A stretch of DNA of 41,985 nt from a virus (taxonomy: Duplodnaviria > Heunggongvirae > Uroviricota > Caudoviricetes), in IMG/VR virus record IMGVR_UViG_2548876869_000013, positions 1 to 41,985 of that record. One strand, written 5' to 3'. A program made the translations under genes and the position numbers. Below, one piece after another: positions 20,905 through 29,986 of this stretch. The first letter of the stretch is position 1; the number at the start of each line of letters is the position of its first letter. The notes below the pieces were generated by a model. That model was not told where the DNA came from and made no database searches. It worked only from the letters and a program-made list of their open reading frames with translations.

Positions 20905-22317
20905 TTACCAACCGGAGGATGAGGGAACGTATATTTCTGTTTCTTCGCGGACCAATGCCGGGCAATGCATACACATCATCAGCGCATCAGCCAGGTTAGG
21001 AGATGGGATACCGAGCTTCTGCTTCATTTCGACCTTAGTCATAAGCTCCAGCTTCCCGTTGTTATTGAATTTGCGCTGAATCTGCGTAAGTTCTGCAAAC
21101 AGCTTCTCCAGCATCTTCTCGCCTATCGCTTCTTTGTCGAAACTCAGCATGTCGTCTGGGTCTGCATACTCACCGTGAACAACCGCCCGATATGTCAGAT
21201 ACAGCCTGTCAGCCAGCGCGTAATAGAATTGCGCTCGCTTATTGCGGAATACATCGCCAATAGTGCGAACGTTGTCGCCCTGTACGACTTCATCAGCCCA
21301 TGCCCCGGCCTGATACGGTGCATCTTCATCGAATGGCGATTCGCTGCCCTTGAACATCGTGGCGGTGATTTTCTTGCCGGAGAACGCTTCCGTTGTCTGT
21401 CTGCGTAGCCCAGCACCAACACCATCACCATCCCACAGGTAATGGTCAGCGCCGTCTTCAATCGCCAGCGAAGTAGCCCAGTCAGCACCCTCGTTGATGT
21501 CCATCAGCAGACCTTCGGCAATGCGCTTAACTACCGAACCGTGACGCGATGCATAACCTTTAGCATCTGGCCCTGTATCTGACGGGTCATGCGCAGAGAC
21601 AACCGCGCCTTTCGCTTTCCATCCGAGCTTCTTGTGCGCATCGGTTGCAGCTTCAAGCCATTCTCGTTTGATGATTGCCATATCACTTGCGCTTACCGGC
21701 TCACCAAGCCAGATGTGACGATACAGTGTCGGATTTCTGCGTTTACACTCTTCCATCTCAAGACGGAGAACTTCAGGAAAATGCGGGTTGTCGGTGTAGT
21801 TCACCGTCAGCAGGCAAATATCATCGGGAGGATTTACAACGAATCGCTGATAGGTATCGTCGAGTATGTTCTTCGGGTTAAAACTCACCCATATTTCAGA
21901 GAACGGCTTACGGATGGTCGGTATCAGGATATCCCATGATTCCTTCGTTACCGCTTCCGCTTCTTCCACCCAGCAGATATCAATGCCTTCGAGCGATTTA
22001 ATCTTCGTCGGGTTGTTTTTGATGCCGTAGAACATGAATTCAGCATTCGTTCCGAGATGACGAATCATTGAACGCTGAATTTCAAACTCGGCCGAATACC
22101 CTTCACGCTCGATGGTGTCTTCAAGCAACCTGATTACCGAATCGCTGATACTGTTTTGCAGTTCACGAGCGCAGAGAATACGCACAGGCTGCCGACGCGC
22201 CGCTTCAACAAGCAGCCTCGCAATTGCCCATGATTTACCGCTACCTCGACCGCCTTTGGCGACTTTGTAGCGATGCGCCTCAATGAACGGTTCAAAGATA
22301 GGATTAATCGAGGTCAT
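20905..22317 (-). CDS. Terminase large subunit
   Basis: 470 aa; Walker A-like KVAKGGRGSGKS near N-terminus; nuclease-like C-terminal half. Confidence 0.95.
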   Translation of the reverse strand: MTSINPIFEPFIEAHRYKVAKGGRGSGKSWAIARLLVEAARRQPVRILCARELQNSISDSVIRLLEDTIEREGYSAEFEIQRSMIRHLGTNAEFMFYGIKNNPTKIKSLEGIDICWVEEAEAVTKESWDILIPTIRKPFSEIWVSFNPKNILDDTYQRFVVNPPDDICLLTVNYTDNPHFPEVLRLEMEECKRRNPTLYRHIWLGEPVSASDMAIIKREWLEAATDAHKKLGWKAKGAVVSAHDPSDTGPDAKGYASRHGSVVKRIAEGLLMDINEGADWATSLAIEDGADHYLWDGDGVGAGLRRQTTEAFSGKKITATMFKGSESPFDEDAPYQAGAWADEVVQGDNVRTIGDVFRNKRAQFYYALADRLYLTYRAVVHGEYADPDDMLSFDKEAIGEKMLEKLFAELTQIQRKFNNNGKLELMTKVEMKQKLGIPSPNLADALMMCMHCPALVREETEIYVPSSSGW

Positions 22318-22739
22318 TTTCCGAATAGAGTGCTCATCGGTGATGTTTCAATCTGGATTGCGCCGCCGTCCTTACCGACAAGCTCGTTAGTTACCTTGTC
22401 GCCATACTTACGGGGATTCATTCGGGCCAACGCCCATTTGCGTGTATCAACGCGAAGTCTTGCCTTTGCCACCTCAGCAGCATCTGGAATCGCAGTGTCA
22501 GCAATTTCGAATATCTCTTCGAAAATAGAATCAGCTCGCGCCTCAGTTGCCTTCGCGTACTTGTCTCTAAATTCGTCATGCTCTGACAGCCAGCGAAATA
22601 CAGTAGCCTTTGCTGGCATGCCGGGGCGCTTGCAAACCTTAACCAGACTTTCCCCGGAGGCAAGCAGCGCACAGATATCATCAGCCACCTCCGGCAGGTA
22701 ATCCGAAGGGCGACCGACATTCTTTTTCTCAGTCGCCAT
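22314..22739 (-). CDS. Terminase small subunit, Sf6 gp1-like
   Basis: 141 aa; GRPSDY..EVADDIC..ESL.KVCKRPGMP motif as recalled for Sf6 small terminase; overlaps terL start. Confidence 0.85.
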   Translation of the reverse strand: MATEKKNVGRPSDYLPEVADDICALLASGESLVKVCKRPGMPAKATVFRWLSEHDEFRDKYAKATEARADSIFEEIFEIADTAIPDAAEVAKARLRVDTRKWALARMNPRKYGDKVTNELVGKDGGAIQIETSPMSTLFGK

Positions 22740-22818
22740 ATTGATTATTTCCCTTCTGCTTGCTTATCCCATTCATCGCGGAATTTGGATGGGTTGTCGA
22801 AACCTTGAGTTGCCATGT

Positions 22819-23061
22819 TTACGCTCCGGTAGTGAACAGGTCTAACGCTTCCTTCGATTTACGCACCGCTTCGATAGTGCGCGTCGTGATATCTGAATTA
22901 GCGCCACCTGACTGGAAGTGAATTTTGAATAGCTCAAGCTTCAGCTCGTCAGTGCCAATGAATTGAAATGCTTCTTCTGCGGCTGCGTTCTGGTTCATGA
23001 CCAGTTTGTAAATCTCTAACTGGAATTTCTGTTCTTCAGTCATGGGAATAATCTCTGCCAT
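22819..23061 (-). CDS. Hypothetical late-region protein (80 aa)
   Basis: ORF with upstream RBS; no family recognised. Confidence 0.5.
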   Translation of the reverse strand: MAEIIPMTEEQKFQLEIYKLVMNQNAAAEEAFQFIGTDELKLELFKIHFQSGGANSDITTRTIEAVRKSKEALDLFTTGA

Positions 23062-23164
23062 TGTTGGCTCCGTTTATCCGTTAAAAGGGATATCAGTTAA
23101 GTTATCCCGTGTAGGGTATAAGCCATTATCAAAGCCACTCTGTAGGGAATGGCTTTTGTAATAA

Positions 23165-23545
23165 CTACTGCTCGCTTAGCTTCTGCTTCAGCAAGTAACC
23201 TTCGAGCATCCAGATTTTGTTTACAGCATTTTGCCGGGAAATCTTCCGACCAATTTCTGCATCAAAGTTTTCCGGGCTTGCACAGGCACTCTCTCCGGTG
23301 ACGGTGAAGCCATTCTTCAGCACCAGTACGCAGAAAGTGAGCAACTTCAATGGTGATAAATCACGATCGCCTTCTTCTGGTTTTTCCCTGCCACAATATT
23401 CGTTGCTGGAAATGGCACCATTTCGTCCATCATAAGCAGTAAAGTAATGCTCGCTTTTAATCACGTCTTCGATGTGCTGCGGGGTGATTCGCGGTGCCGT
23501 TTTGCCTTTCTCAACGATTTCTTTTTCGATTTGCTGGTCGTTCAT
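23165..23545 (-). CDS. Phage protein, Gp49/Sf6 gp66-like family (tentative)
   Basis: 126 aa; position upstream of small terminase as in Sf6. Confidence 0.5.
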   Translation of the reverse strand: MNDQQIEKEIVEKGKTAPRITPQHIEDVIKSEHYFTAYDGRNGAISSNEYCGREKPEEGDRDLSPLKLLTFCVLVLKNGFTVTGESACASPENFDAEIGRKISRQNAVNKIWMLEGYLLKQKLSEQ

Positions 23546-23778
23546 AATTATGACCCTGTGGAGTGGTTGCTTGATTAGGATGTCTTTCCATCAGTCCGCC
23601 ACTACAAAGAATCTTTTTTGCCATCAGGCAGGAGGTTCATCTTTCAGTGGCTGCCAGTGTTATTTCCCCACTTACTGGCTTGGGTTGTTTCGCGGTACTG
23701 CCGTAACTGGTTACCCAGAATAAATTCCGGTTTCATTATCAAGCCCACCCGTAGATAGGCTTTGTAATGCCTACATGG

Positions 23779-24258
23779 TTAAATGATTTGCCAGTCTTCA
23801 GCCATCAGGTCGCCAATGGATGGAACCCATGTAGCAAGGCGGTTCTGTGAGTTTTTCAATACAAGCGTGTCATTGAAAGTTGGCTCGCCAACATATTCGC
23901 CAAAGCCATAACCCAACGCAGACGCTAATTTTTCCCCTTTCACGAGATAAACAAACTGGTCTTTCCCATTCCATCCTGCCCGCTGCAAACTTTTGCCCTG
24001 TTTTAACGCTTCCATGGCAAGGCCGAAACTTAGCCCTGATACCGGACGATAAGCCTTTTCGAATACTTCTTTTGGACTCCAGCTAACGTAGCCATCAAAG
24101 CGATCGGTGTTAGGTTTTCCGCCATCCAGATATTCAACCAGATAGCCTTCGTCCTCGCCGTTTTCTCCGGCAGGAAGCTGCCAGCCACGAAAATCGTTAT
24201 ATGCCTGTCTCGTCATCGGAAAGGCGTTAATCAGTTTTACGCCAATATGCTGGGTCAT
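23779..24258 (-). CDS. DUF2829 domain protein (Tad2-like fold) with ~70-aa N-terminal extension
   Basis: C-terminal half has DUF2829 hallmarks: GLAMEALKQGKSLQRAGWNGK..FVYLV and terminal WVPSIGDLMAEDWQII. Confidence 0.6.
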   Translation of the reverse strand: MTQHIGVKLINAFPMTRQAYNDFRGWQLPAGENGEDEGYLVEYLDGGKPNTDRFDGYVSWSPKEVFEKAYRPVSGLSFGLAMEALKQGKSLQRAGWNGKDQFVYLVKGEKLASALGYGFGEYVGEPTFNDTLVLKNSQNRLATWVPSIGDLMAEDWQII

Positions 24259-24271
24259 AAAATTACCTATG

Positions 24272-24300
24272 GAGTTGGGAATAAAAAACCCCGCGAATGC
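24272..24300 (-). terminator. Terminator downstream of lysis cassette
   Basis: Minus-strand CCTCGC-ATTC-GCGGGG stem followed by TTTTTTATT. Confidence 0.55.
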
Positions 24301-24479
24301 GAGGCTAAATCCTGGTGTTTGTGATGACTGGCTCTTATCTCAACGCAGCCCCTTACCGCGCGCCAGATGCTCAATATCAAGCATCAGCAATGAGATGTTT
24401 AATCTGGATTCACTCCAGAAGTGATAACCACCATGTCTACAGAGCCAGATGTGAAGGATGATGAGTAAAATTATCGCTA

Positions 24480-24917
24480 TCATCGAAGGCATTGCGTCCT
24501 GATGTACTCCTGCAGGTAGTTAACCTGCGCGGTTATCCTGTCGATTCCACTTCGGAGACGGTAATAATTGAGTTCAGCATCTGCTGTAAGTCTTGGGCTT
24601 TCTCCATCGCCCATGCTGCTGGCTCCGGTCGTTGACTTTGCACAGGTGGCGGCGACTTGCAGGCGCTTACGACCAGCAGAAACATCAGCACGGAGACTTT
24701 CGATAGTCGCGTTAGCATCAGCAAGCTCCTTTGTATATCTGGCATCGAGTTCTGCTACGTCACGTTGACGCTTCTGCATGTCAGCGATGATGGATGTGGC
24801 TTTGTCGCGCTGTTCTTTGTAGGCCATGGCGTTATCACGGTAATGATTAACAGCCCATGACAGGCAGACGATGATGCAGATAACCAGAGCGGAGATAATC
24901 GCAGTTACTCTGCTCAT
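24480..24917 (-). CDS. Rz: Spanin inner-membrane subunit (Rz)
   Basis: [30 protein letters not shown].. matches recalled lambda Rz; ATG at 24917. Confidence 0.85.
   Translation of the reverse strand: MSRVTAIISALVICIIVCLSWAVNHYRDNAMAYKEQRDKATSIIADMQKRQRDVAELDARYTKELADANATIESLRADVSAGRKRLQVAATCAKSTTGASSMGDGESPRLTADAELNYYRLRSGIDRITAQVNYLQEYIRTQCLR
24533..24718 (-). CDS. Rz1: Spanin outer-membrane lipoprotein (Rz1), embedded in Rz in +1 frame
   Basis: Signal peptide with lipobox VSAC; Pro-rich; ..PPAW.M......NSIITVSE resembles lambda Rz1. Confidence 0.7.
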   Translation of the reverse strand: MLTRLSKVSVLMFLLVVSACKSPPPVQSQRPEPAAWAMEKAQDLQQMLNSIITVSEVESTG

Positions 24918-25417
24918 TGCTGCCCCCACAAACAGACTTCACGCTCAATCTCACGGCGAGTCATCAGCCCTTTCCATTGCTTACCGCCAGCGTATGTCCA
25001 GCGACGTAGCTGGTCACATGCGCCCTTGATATCGCCCTGGTTGATTTTGCGAAGAAGCGTCGATGTTCTGAAATTGCCTGCGCCCACGTTATAGACGAAC
25101 GAATAAAGAGCGCCGCGCGTTGTTTCCGGTATATCGACTTTGATGTACGGGTTAATTTGTCTGGCGACCGTGGCAAGGTCTTTATTCAGGAGGGCTTTGC
25201 ATTCTGCTTCGGTATACGTTTTACCGAGCATGATGTCTTTTCCGGTGTGTCCGTGGCATACAGTCCATACACCAACAATATCTTTGTATGGTATGTAGCT
25301 GACACCTTCCAGGCCATCGTTACCACTTGGTCCAGTGATTAACACAGATGCTATAGCAATAGCCCCGCCACTTATCGCCGCTATTACGCTATTTCGTAGT
25401 GCCGGTGACATTGCCAT
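24914..25417 (-). CDS. SAR endolysin (phage 21 R-like lysozyme)
   Basis: N-terminal SAR domain [15 protein letters not shown]; near-identical to recalled P21 R over the catalytic region. Confidence 0.9.
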   Translation of the reverse strand: MAMSPALRNSVIAAISGGAIAIASVLITGPSGNDGLEGVSYIPYKDIVGVWTVCHGHTGKDIMLGKTYTEAECKALLNKDLATVARQINPYIKVDIPETTRGALYSFVYNVGAGNFRTSTLLRKINQGDIKGACDQLRRWTYAGGKQWKGLMTRREIEREVCLWGQQ

Positions 25418-25592
25418 TCAATCTGTCCTCGCGCTCTTTGCGCTTGTAGTACCAGTTGATGCCAAATGTGCCGACAGTACAAAGAATACCAATGATGACA
25501 GCCCAGTCATTCAGGGAGAGAATGCCACCCATCGCAGTCAGTCCTCCGAAGCTGTAACTGAACCATTCTCTGATTTTGTCCATACGGTACAT
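25389..25592 (-). CDS. Pinholin (S21-like holin), dual-start motif
   Basis: 67 aa; MYRMDK dual start; two TM segments; overlaps endolysin start. Confidence 0.8.
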   Translation of the reverse strand: MYRMDKIREWFSYSFGGLTAMGGILSLNDWAVIIGILCTVGTFGINWYYKRKEREDRLNGNVTGTTK

Positions 25593-25705
25593 GCTCTACC
25601 CCTTCATTGAGGGGATTTGCTCTATTTAATTAGGAATAAGGTCGATTACTGATAGAACAAATCCAGGCTACTGTGTTTAGTAATCAGATTTGTTCGTGAC
25701 CGATA

Positions 25706-25749
25706 TGCACGGGCAAAACGGCAGGAGGTTGTTAGCGCGACCTCCTGCC
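25706..25749 (-). terminator. Candidate late-leader hairpin/terminator
   Basis: 10-bp stem GGCAGGAGGT/ACCTCCTGCC; on minus strand followed by GTTTTGCCC (weak U-run). Confidence 0.35.
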
Positions 25750-25837
25750 ACCCGCTTTCACGAAGGTCATGTGTAGAAGGCCGCAGCATAACTATCACTG
25801 ATGAATTCAGGACAGCCAGTGGCTACGGCTCAGTTTG

Positions 25838-25970
25838 GGTTGTGGCGGCCGGAATCGAACCGGCTTCCATCGGTGCGCTGCCGATTGCAGTACGCGCGGC
25901 GGTCAGCTACATGACTAGTATTTTCACTGTCGCCTATCTGCTAGCTCGCCATTGAGCTTCACCACAACGA
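25838..25970 (-). other. tRNA-like element (non-canonical; possible tRNA relic)
   Basis: Minus strand has acceptor-like 5' UGUGGUG, D-arm-like AGCUCAAUGGCGAGCU, perfect T-arm GCCGG-UUCGAUU-CCGGC and complementary 3' CGCCACA; no canonical anticodon arm and ~45 nt too long. Confidence 0.3.
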
Positions 25971-26039
25971 TAAGAGCACTGCGCGGCACCTTTCACCAAT
26001 TCCGCGAGGTCTGCGGGTTCAATGCTCTTACCTGTTGTG
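25963..26039. repeat. Hairpin repeat element, copy B
   Basis: Arms CACAACGATAAGAGCACT (25963-25980) and AATGCTCTTACCTGTTGTG (26021-26039), identical to copy A arms; arms form a 6+8 bp stem with internal loop. Confidence 0.7.
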
Positions 26040-26222
26040 TGCCCATTATTAATCACACCGGGCCAGTGCGCCGAATTTGTTTACAAGGAGTCGGAAGACC
26101 TTGCTGACTTACAGGCTATTACGCCGCCATCAGAACAACATCATCGTTTGCATTTATCTTTGTGGTCAGTTTCTAAAAACCCGCAAAGTCGCCAACTCTG
26201 ACGAAAACTATCGTTGTGCTGC

Positions 26223-26290
26223 CACAACGATAAGAGCACTCGGTGCATTTAAGCCAAGCCCCATAAGGGAGAATGCTCTTACCTGTTGTG
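26223..26290. repeat. Hairpin repeat element, copy A
   Basis: Same 18-nt and 19-nt arms as copy B, interior sequence different. Confidence 0.7.
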
Positions 26291-26382
26291 CAAACAAAAA
26301 AAGCCACCGTTGCAACTTAAGAGTCACTAACGGCAGCTTATGTGAATAGTGTTGCTCATTTGCTCAATGATGTCAACACGTT
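26291..26382 (-). promoter_or_regulatory. Candidate late promoter pR'/qut region and promoter-proximal hairpin
   Basis: Minus strand TTGACA ~20 nt after Q stop; downstream hairpin followed by TTTTTTT (plus 26291-26335). Exact -10 not resolved. Confidence 0.35.
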
Positions 26383-26871
26383 CTATGCTACATGTTTAAT
26401 TTTCTCTACACGTTTCCGGTTTTTAAACGCACTATCCAGAACCGGATAAATCATAAACAACGAGGCATTAAGGATTTCGTCAACTTCCCGTCGACAGGTT
26501 GCGAGCGATGGTTTTTGAATGCGCCCGCCGCCACGGCATAACATCTTGCGAGGTCTTGCGACGAGATGATAGTAAGATGCAATGGCGTGCTTGGAAGATC
26601 CATGGGCGTAGTAGCTGAGGAGGATGCCAAAGGCTTTCTTGTCAATGTACATGACGGAATCGACGACCTGAGAAATCAACATTCCATCATCATCATTGCA
26701 CATTGGCCTTGTCATAACTCTTCCCGGCTCTACGCTCTCCATGAACTTCGCTATTACGCTGCTCATGCGCTTTTCCAGACGACCTGAATAAACCCATGCG
26801 CCCCACAGTTCAAGCCAGCCATTCAGCCACTCATGCTGTTCTTTGGTGAGGTTTAGTTCTCTTATGCTCAT
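26383..26871 (-). CDS. Late antiterminator Q (phage 21-type, tentative)
   Basis: 162 aa at the Q position between nin genes and lysis cassette; resembles recalled small Q proteins. Confidence 0.7.
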   Translation of the reverse strand: MSIRELNLTKEQHEWLNGWLELWGAWVYSGRLEKRMSSVIAKFMESVEPGRVMTRPMCNDDDGMLISQVVDSVMYIDKKAFGILLSYYAHGSSKHAIASYYHLVARPRKMLCRGGGRIQKPSLATCRREVDEILNASLFMIYPVLDSAFKNRKRVEKIKHVA

Positions 26872-27056
26872 CGTCTTCCTCTCTTGCCCTGTTTGACCAT
26901 CAGGACGCCGTTAACTATTACGTGACGCTCGCCTTTGCTGTCTCGGTTGTACTTGAGCACTGTTCCTCTTGCGCAGGAAAGCATCCTCGCCACTTCGGTC
27001 TGATTGCCTCGTGTCTGGATAAGAAGCTCTGGTATCGTTTGAATTGTGGCGTTCAT
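26868..27056 (-). CDS. ninH: NinH-like protein
   Basis: TIPELLIQTRGNQTEVARMLSCARGTVLKY..IVNGVLMV matches recalled lambda NinH. Confidence 0.85.
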   Translation of the reverse strand: MNATIQTIPELLIQTRGNQTEVARMLSCARGTVLKYNRDSKGERHVIVNGVLMVKQGKRGRR

Positions 27057-27415
27057 GCGTTCTCCAGTTCGGTGATTTTTATTCCAAGCCGTCCGCCTGG
27101 TACTTTCACACCACGAATTACGCGAATGTCATCGAATTGCTCGTCGTCTTCCGCAAATCCGGCGTGGATAAGGGAGTCGAGTAAACCTTTCAGGATGTTA
27201 TCGAGGTCGCGGCGGCGGGAGTCTGGAACGTCTGCGATTACTTTGATGCGGAGTCGTGATTTGGTGAAAATGTCTAACTTGAGTTGGCGGATGATTTGCT
27301 GAACGTCTTTTCGGTATTTCTGGCCTTTATCGCTGATGTAGTATTGGCTTCCCCGTCTTCGCCAGTAGGTATTCACCGACGGCGGGTATGGAAGCACAAA
27401 CTGATATTCGTTCAT
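27053..27415 (-). CDS. rusA: Holliday-junction resolvase RusA
   Basis: 120 aa; LPYPPSVNTYW and PDSRRRDLDNILKGLLDSL match RusA motifs. Confidence 0.9.
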   Translation of the reverse strand: MNEYQFVLPYPPSVNTYWRRRGSQYYISDKGQKYRKDVQQIIRQLKLDIFTKSRLRIKVIADVPDSRRRDLDNILKGLLDSLIHAGFAEDDEQFDDIRVIRGVKVPGGRLGIKITELENA

Positions 27416-27702
27416 GACTTAATCTTCCCCTCCTTCAGCAGTATCGCCTGCGTCCTGATCACGCCTTCGAGGTGGTAAAGTCTGGCGTCTTTGTTGTCGA
27501 GATTATGGGTGCGTCTGTCGATTTCATCGTGACACGCGCTACAAGCCCATGCGCCGATCAGGTCTTCAGGCTTCATTCCAGTTCCGCAAATTCCAGCCAT
27601 CCGGTAATGTGCCAGAACTGTAGTTTCAGGATTACCATTGCATATGCCGTAAATACGAACCTGGCATTCTCTGCCGCGCGCTTCTTTGCGTAGGTTAGCC
27701 AT
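27412..27702 (-). CDS. DUF1364 family protein (YbcO-like, Cys-rich)
   Basis: RGRECQVRIYGICNGNPETTVLAHYR..CSACHDEIDRRTH matches recalled YbcO. Confidence 0.8.
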   Translation of the reverse strand: MANLRKEARGRECQVRIYGICNGNPETTVLAHYRMAGICGTGMKPEDLIGAWACSACHDEIDRRTHNLDNKDARLYHLEGVIRTQAILLKEGKIKS

Positions 27703-28424
27703 TAAGCAGCCTCCCCTGTTACTTTCAGCATTCCGTTATCGAGCAGCTTTCTGGTCAGCCACTGTTGACCACGCCCGGTGATTTTTGTGGTGAACGATAT
27801 CTGTATTCCGTGATTTGTGTTGACCGCTGTTTCTTTCACTGTGAAATAGCCGCGATCCATATATTCCTGCATTGGCACATTGCGCCGGGAACCTGAAGCA
27901 ATAAGGATTTTGTGATCGCGCATCCACGCAAACAGTTTGTTTGGACCAATTCCAACAACCTTTGCATAGTTTCCAATCAAAATTCCGCTGGCCTCGCCAA
28001 CGCGATCGGCAAACTCAACTTTAGGTGCGGCAATTGCGAGCTGGTTTTCCAGCTGCATTTTCTGCTCAGCAAGATCAGCAGCAAGGCGCAACGCTTCCGG
28101 TAGCGTTTTGGGGATATTAACCGCAGCTTCTTCAAGCTCTCGCCAACGGTCAACAAGGCGAGCGGTGAACTCTGGCGACAACTGGGCAACAACGACAATA
28201 CTGTCTCGCTTACCTTGTTCGCCCTCGAAGACGTAATGCTCGTACTGAACATTGAACCCTAAGTTATTGATTCTTTCGGAAACCTCAATTTGAGGAAGCC
28301 GGATAACACCATTTTTAGCCAGCGTTTCGATGGTACGTTTCACATTGTCATGACGCTTACCCACCAACTCAGCGATTTCAATGCTTGTCATTTTGATGGC
28401 ATTGCCATTTATTAACTCATTCAT
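27702..28424 (-). CDS. Rha/KilAC-type antirepressor-like regulatory protein
   Basis: N-terminal TSIEIAELVGKRHDNVKRTIETL (Rha-like) and C-terminal KilAC-like region. Confidence 0.8.
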   Translation of the reverse strand: MNELINGNAIKMTSIEIAELVGKRHDNVKRTIETLAKNGVIRLPQIEVSERINNLGFNVQYEHYVFEGEQGKRDSIVVVAQLSPEFTARLVDRWRELEEAAVNIPKTLPEALRLAADLAEQKMQLENQLAIAAPKVEFADRVGEASGILIGNYAKVVGIGPNKLFAWMRDHKILIASGSRRNVPMQEYMDRGYFTVKETAVNTNHGIQISFTTKITGRGQQWLTRKLLDNGMLKVTGEAA

Positions 28425-28587
28425 CGTCTTCTTCCTCGTACATTGAGCTATTCGGATCGCTCATCAGTTCTGCGCAGCAATCGGAGCACACGTGAACTTC
28501 CAGCATATGCAGCTTCTGACCGCAGTTAGCGCACGTTAAAGCCCGCTCGACGCTTTCTTGTTCGTAACTTCGATTTGGGTCAATCAC
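28418..28587 (-). CDS. ninF: NinF-like small Cys-rich protein
   Basis: Not in ORF track (56 aa, GTG start after GAGGAAAA); [38 protein letters not shown] matches recalled lambda NinF. Confidence 0.6.
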
Positions 28588-28766
28588 CTTGTTTTCCTCG
28601 CACGTTCTCTAAGCCACCGGATATCCCACAGGTGAGCTGTGTAATTGAAGGTTTTTACGTCAGATTCTTTTGGGATTGGCTTGCGTTTATTTCTGGAGCG
28701 TTTCGTTGGAAGGTATTTGCAGTTTTCGCAGATGATGTCGGTGATGCTTCGTCGCTGTCGTCTCAT
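28584..28766 (-). CDS. ninE: NinE-like protein
   Basis: [53 protein letters not shown] matches recalled lambda NinE; ATG at 28766 with AGGAGG. Confidence 0.85.
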   Translation of the reverse strand: MRRQRRSITDIICENCKYLPTKRSRNKRKPIPKESDVKTFNYTAHLWDIRWLRERARKTR

Positions 28767-29173
28767 TCGTACCTCCTGTCGGTAAATCTGACACCCTGAC
28801 CAATAGCCCATGCTGTCGTGTACTCAATCAGACTTGCCATACGCTTCACACTCATCTGCGCGCTACTTTCGCGAATGTTGACGTATTCGCCTTCAAGCCC
28901 GGGCAAAACATCAGCTTCCTGTTTTGTTGCCACTGCATGACCGCTGATCAACAAAACCTTCCATTGTTCCGGTTTTAACCATTTATCGCGCCACTGAACT
29001 TGCCTAGCGATATCTGCGACCATCGCGTGAAATTTTGCGTTCTGGTCAAGATTGCGCTTGTAGTCAGTAATGCGGATGGTAACTGGCTTGTCTTTATCGA
29101 GTGGTGTTGCGAGGATGGCGTTGATTGCGGCTTGCTGTTGTTGCTTAGTTCGGAGGAATATTGTTTGCTTCAC
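28763..29173 (-). CDS. ninB: NinB/Orf recombination mediator
   Basis: 136 aa; first gene of nin cluster; resembles recalled NinB. Confidence 0.8.
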   Translation of the reverse strand: MKQTIFLRTKQQQQAAINAILATPLDKDKPVTIRITDYKRNLDQNAKFHAMVADIARQVQWRDKWLKPEQWKVLLISGHAVATKQEADVLPGLEGEYVNIRESSAQMSVKRMASLIEYTTAWAIGQGVRFTDRRYE

Positions 29174-29184
29174 TGAACACTCCT

Positions 29185-29376
29185 TTATTTTTTATGCCTG
29201 TAACCCCATTCTTCCAGCAACCTTGCGGCGTACCACCCAAGAAACAAAGGAAAGAACATTACAATGAGATATTCCCCGCCACGGTCAATGTTCGAAATTG
29301 ACCAGATTACGATGTAACCAGTGCAGAACAGGAATATTACAAACCCCAAAAAGCTACTTCGTCGACTCATGCTCAC
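29185..29376 (-). CDS. Small membrane protein (63 aa)
   Basis: Two hydrophobic segments; start overlaps upstream stop (ATGA). Confidence 0.45.
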   Translation of the reverse strand: MSMSRRSSFLGFVIFLFCTGYIVIWSISNIDRGGEYLIVMFFPLFLGWYAARLLEEWGYRHKK

Positions 29377-29687
29377 TCCTTCACTTTTATTCCAGCGGCG
29401 CGGATGTTTTCCTCATAAGCATCCATTGCATCACCGAAGCCATTGGAATAATCAACAGTAAACCCTTTGGCTAATGCTTCTCTGCTGTCGATAAACTTTG
29501 GCGCGATTATTTCAATAGCTGCTCGCGATGCCTGCCATAAAGCCCACCACTCATTTAAGGAGTGACGAATATCCATGCTTGAAAATGCAAAGTACCTATC
29601 ACCATTTCTTGCCTCGGTTATCATCTCGAATGGTAATCTCAATTTTTTGGCAACGTATTCCTCAAACTGCTTTCTTGATTCGTCCAT
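29373..29687 (-). CDS. Hypothetical protein (104 aa)
   Basis: ORF with plausible start; no family recognised. Confidence 0.5.
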   Translation of the reverse strand: MDESRKQFEEYVAKKLRLPFEMITEARNGDRYFAFSSMDIRHSLNEWWALWQASRAAIEIIAPKFIDSREALAKGFTVDYSNGFGDAMDAYEENIRAAGIKVKE

Positions 29688-29704
29688 CGATACTTACCCT
29701 CAGT

Positions 29705-29911
29705 TCAACTCACAAAACGCCACGCCATTTTTGCTACGACAACAGGCATAACACCGATAATCACCCAGACAAATGCAGCGCCAAACAACGTATACCATGG
29801 GTCTTTACCGTCATTCACAAGACGAATGTAGCTATGCAGAACAATAAAAAACGTCAGAAGAATCCATCCAACGCCAACGCATTTGAATGCGACGAGCATA
29901 AACTCAGCCAC
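29705..29911 (-). CDS. Small membrane protein (68 aa)
   Basis: Two hydrophobic segments. Confidence 0.45.
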   Translation of the reverse strand: MAEFMLVAFKCVGVGWILLTFFIVLHSYIRLVNDGKDPWYTLFGAAFVWVIIGVMPVVVAKMAWRFVS

Positions 29912-29924
29912 GATTTACTCTCCC

Positions 29925-29958
29925 CCAAATAAAAAGGCCTGCGATTACCAGCAGGCCT
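29925..29958 (-). terminator. Terminator downstream of replication genes (tR2-like)
   Basis: AGGCCTGC-GATTACCA-GCAGGCCT followed on minus strand by TTTTTATTT. Confidence 0.6.
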
Positions 29959-29986
29959 GTTATTAGCTCAGTGATGTAGATGGTCA

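Noticed and set aside
25838-25970. Canonical tRNA gene
   Set aside because: T-arm and acceptor complementarity are present but no 5-bp/7-nt anticodon arm can be folded and the element is ~45 nt too long; kept only as tRNA-like.
26077-26349. 90-aa plus-strand ORF in the Q-S leader
   Set aside because: Opposite to late transcription, low-complexity translation, overlaps the hairpin repeat; treated as non-coding.
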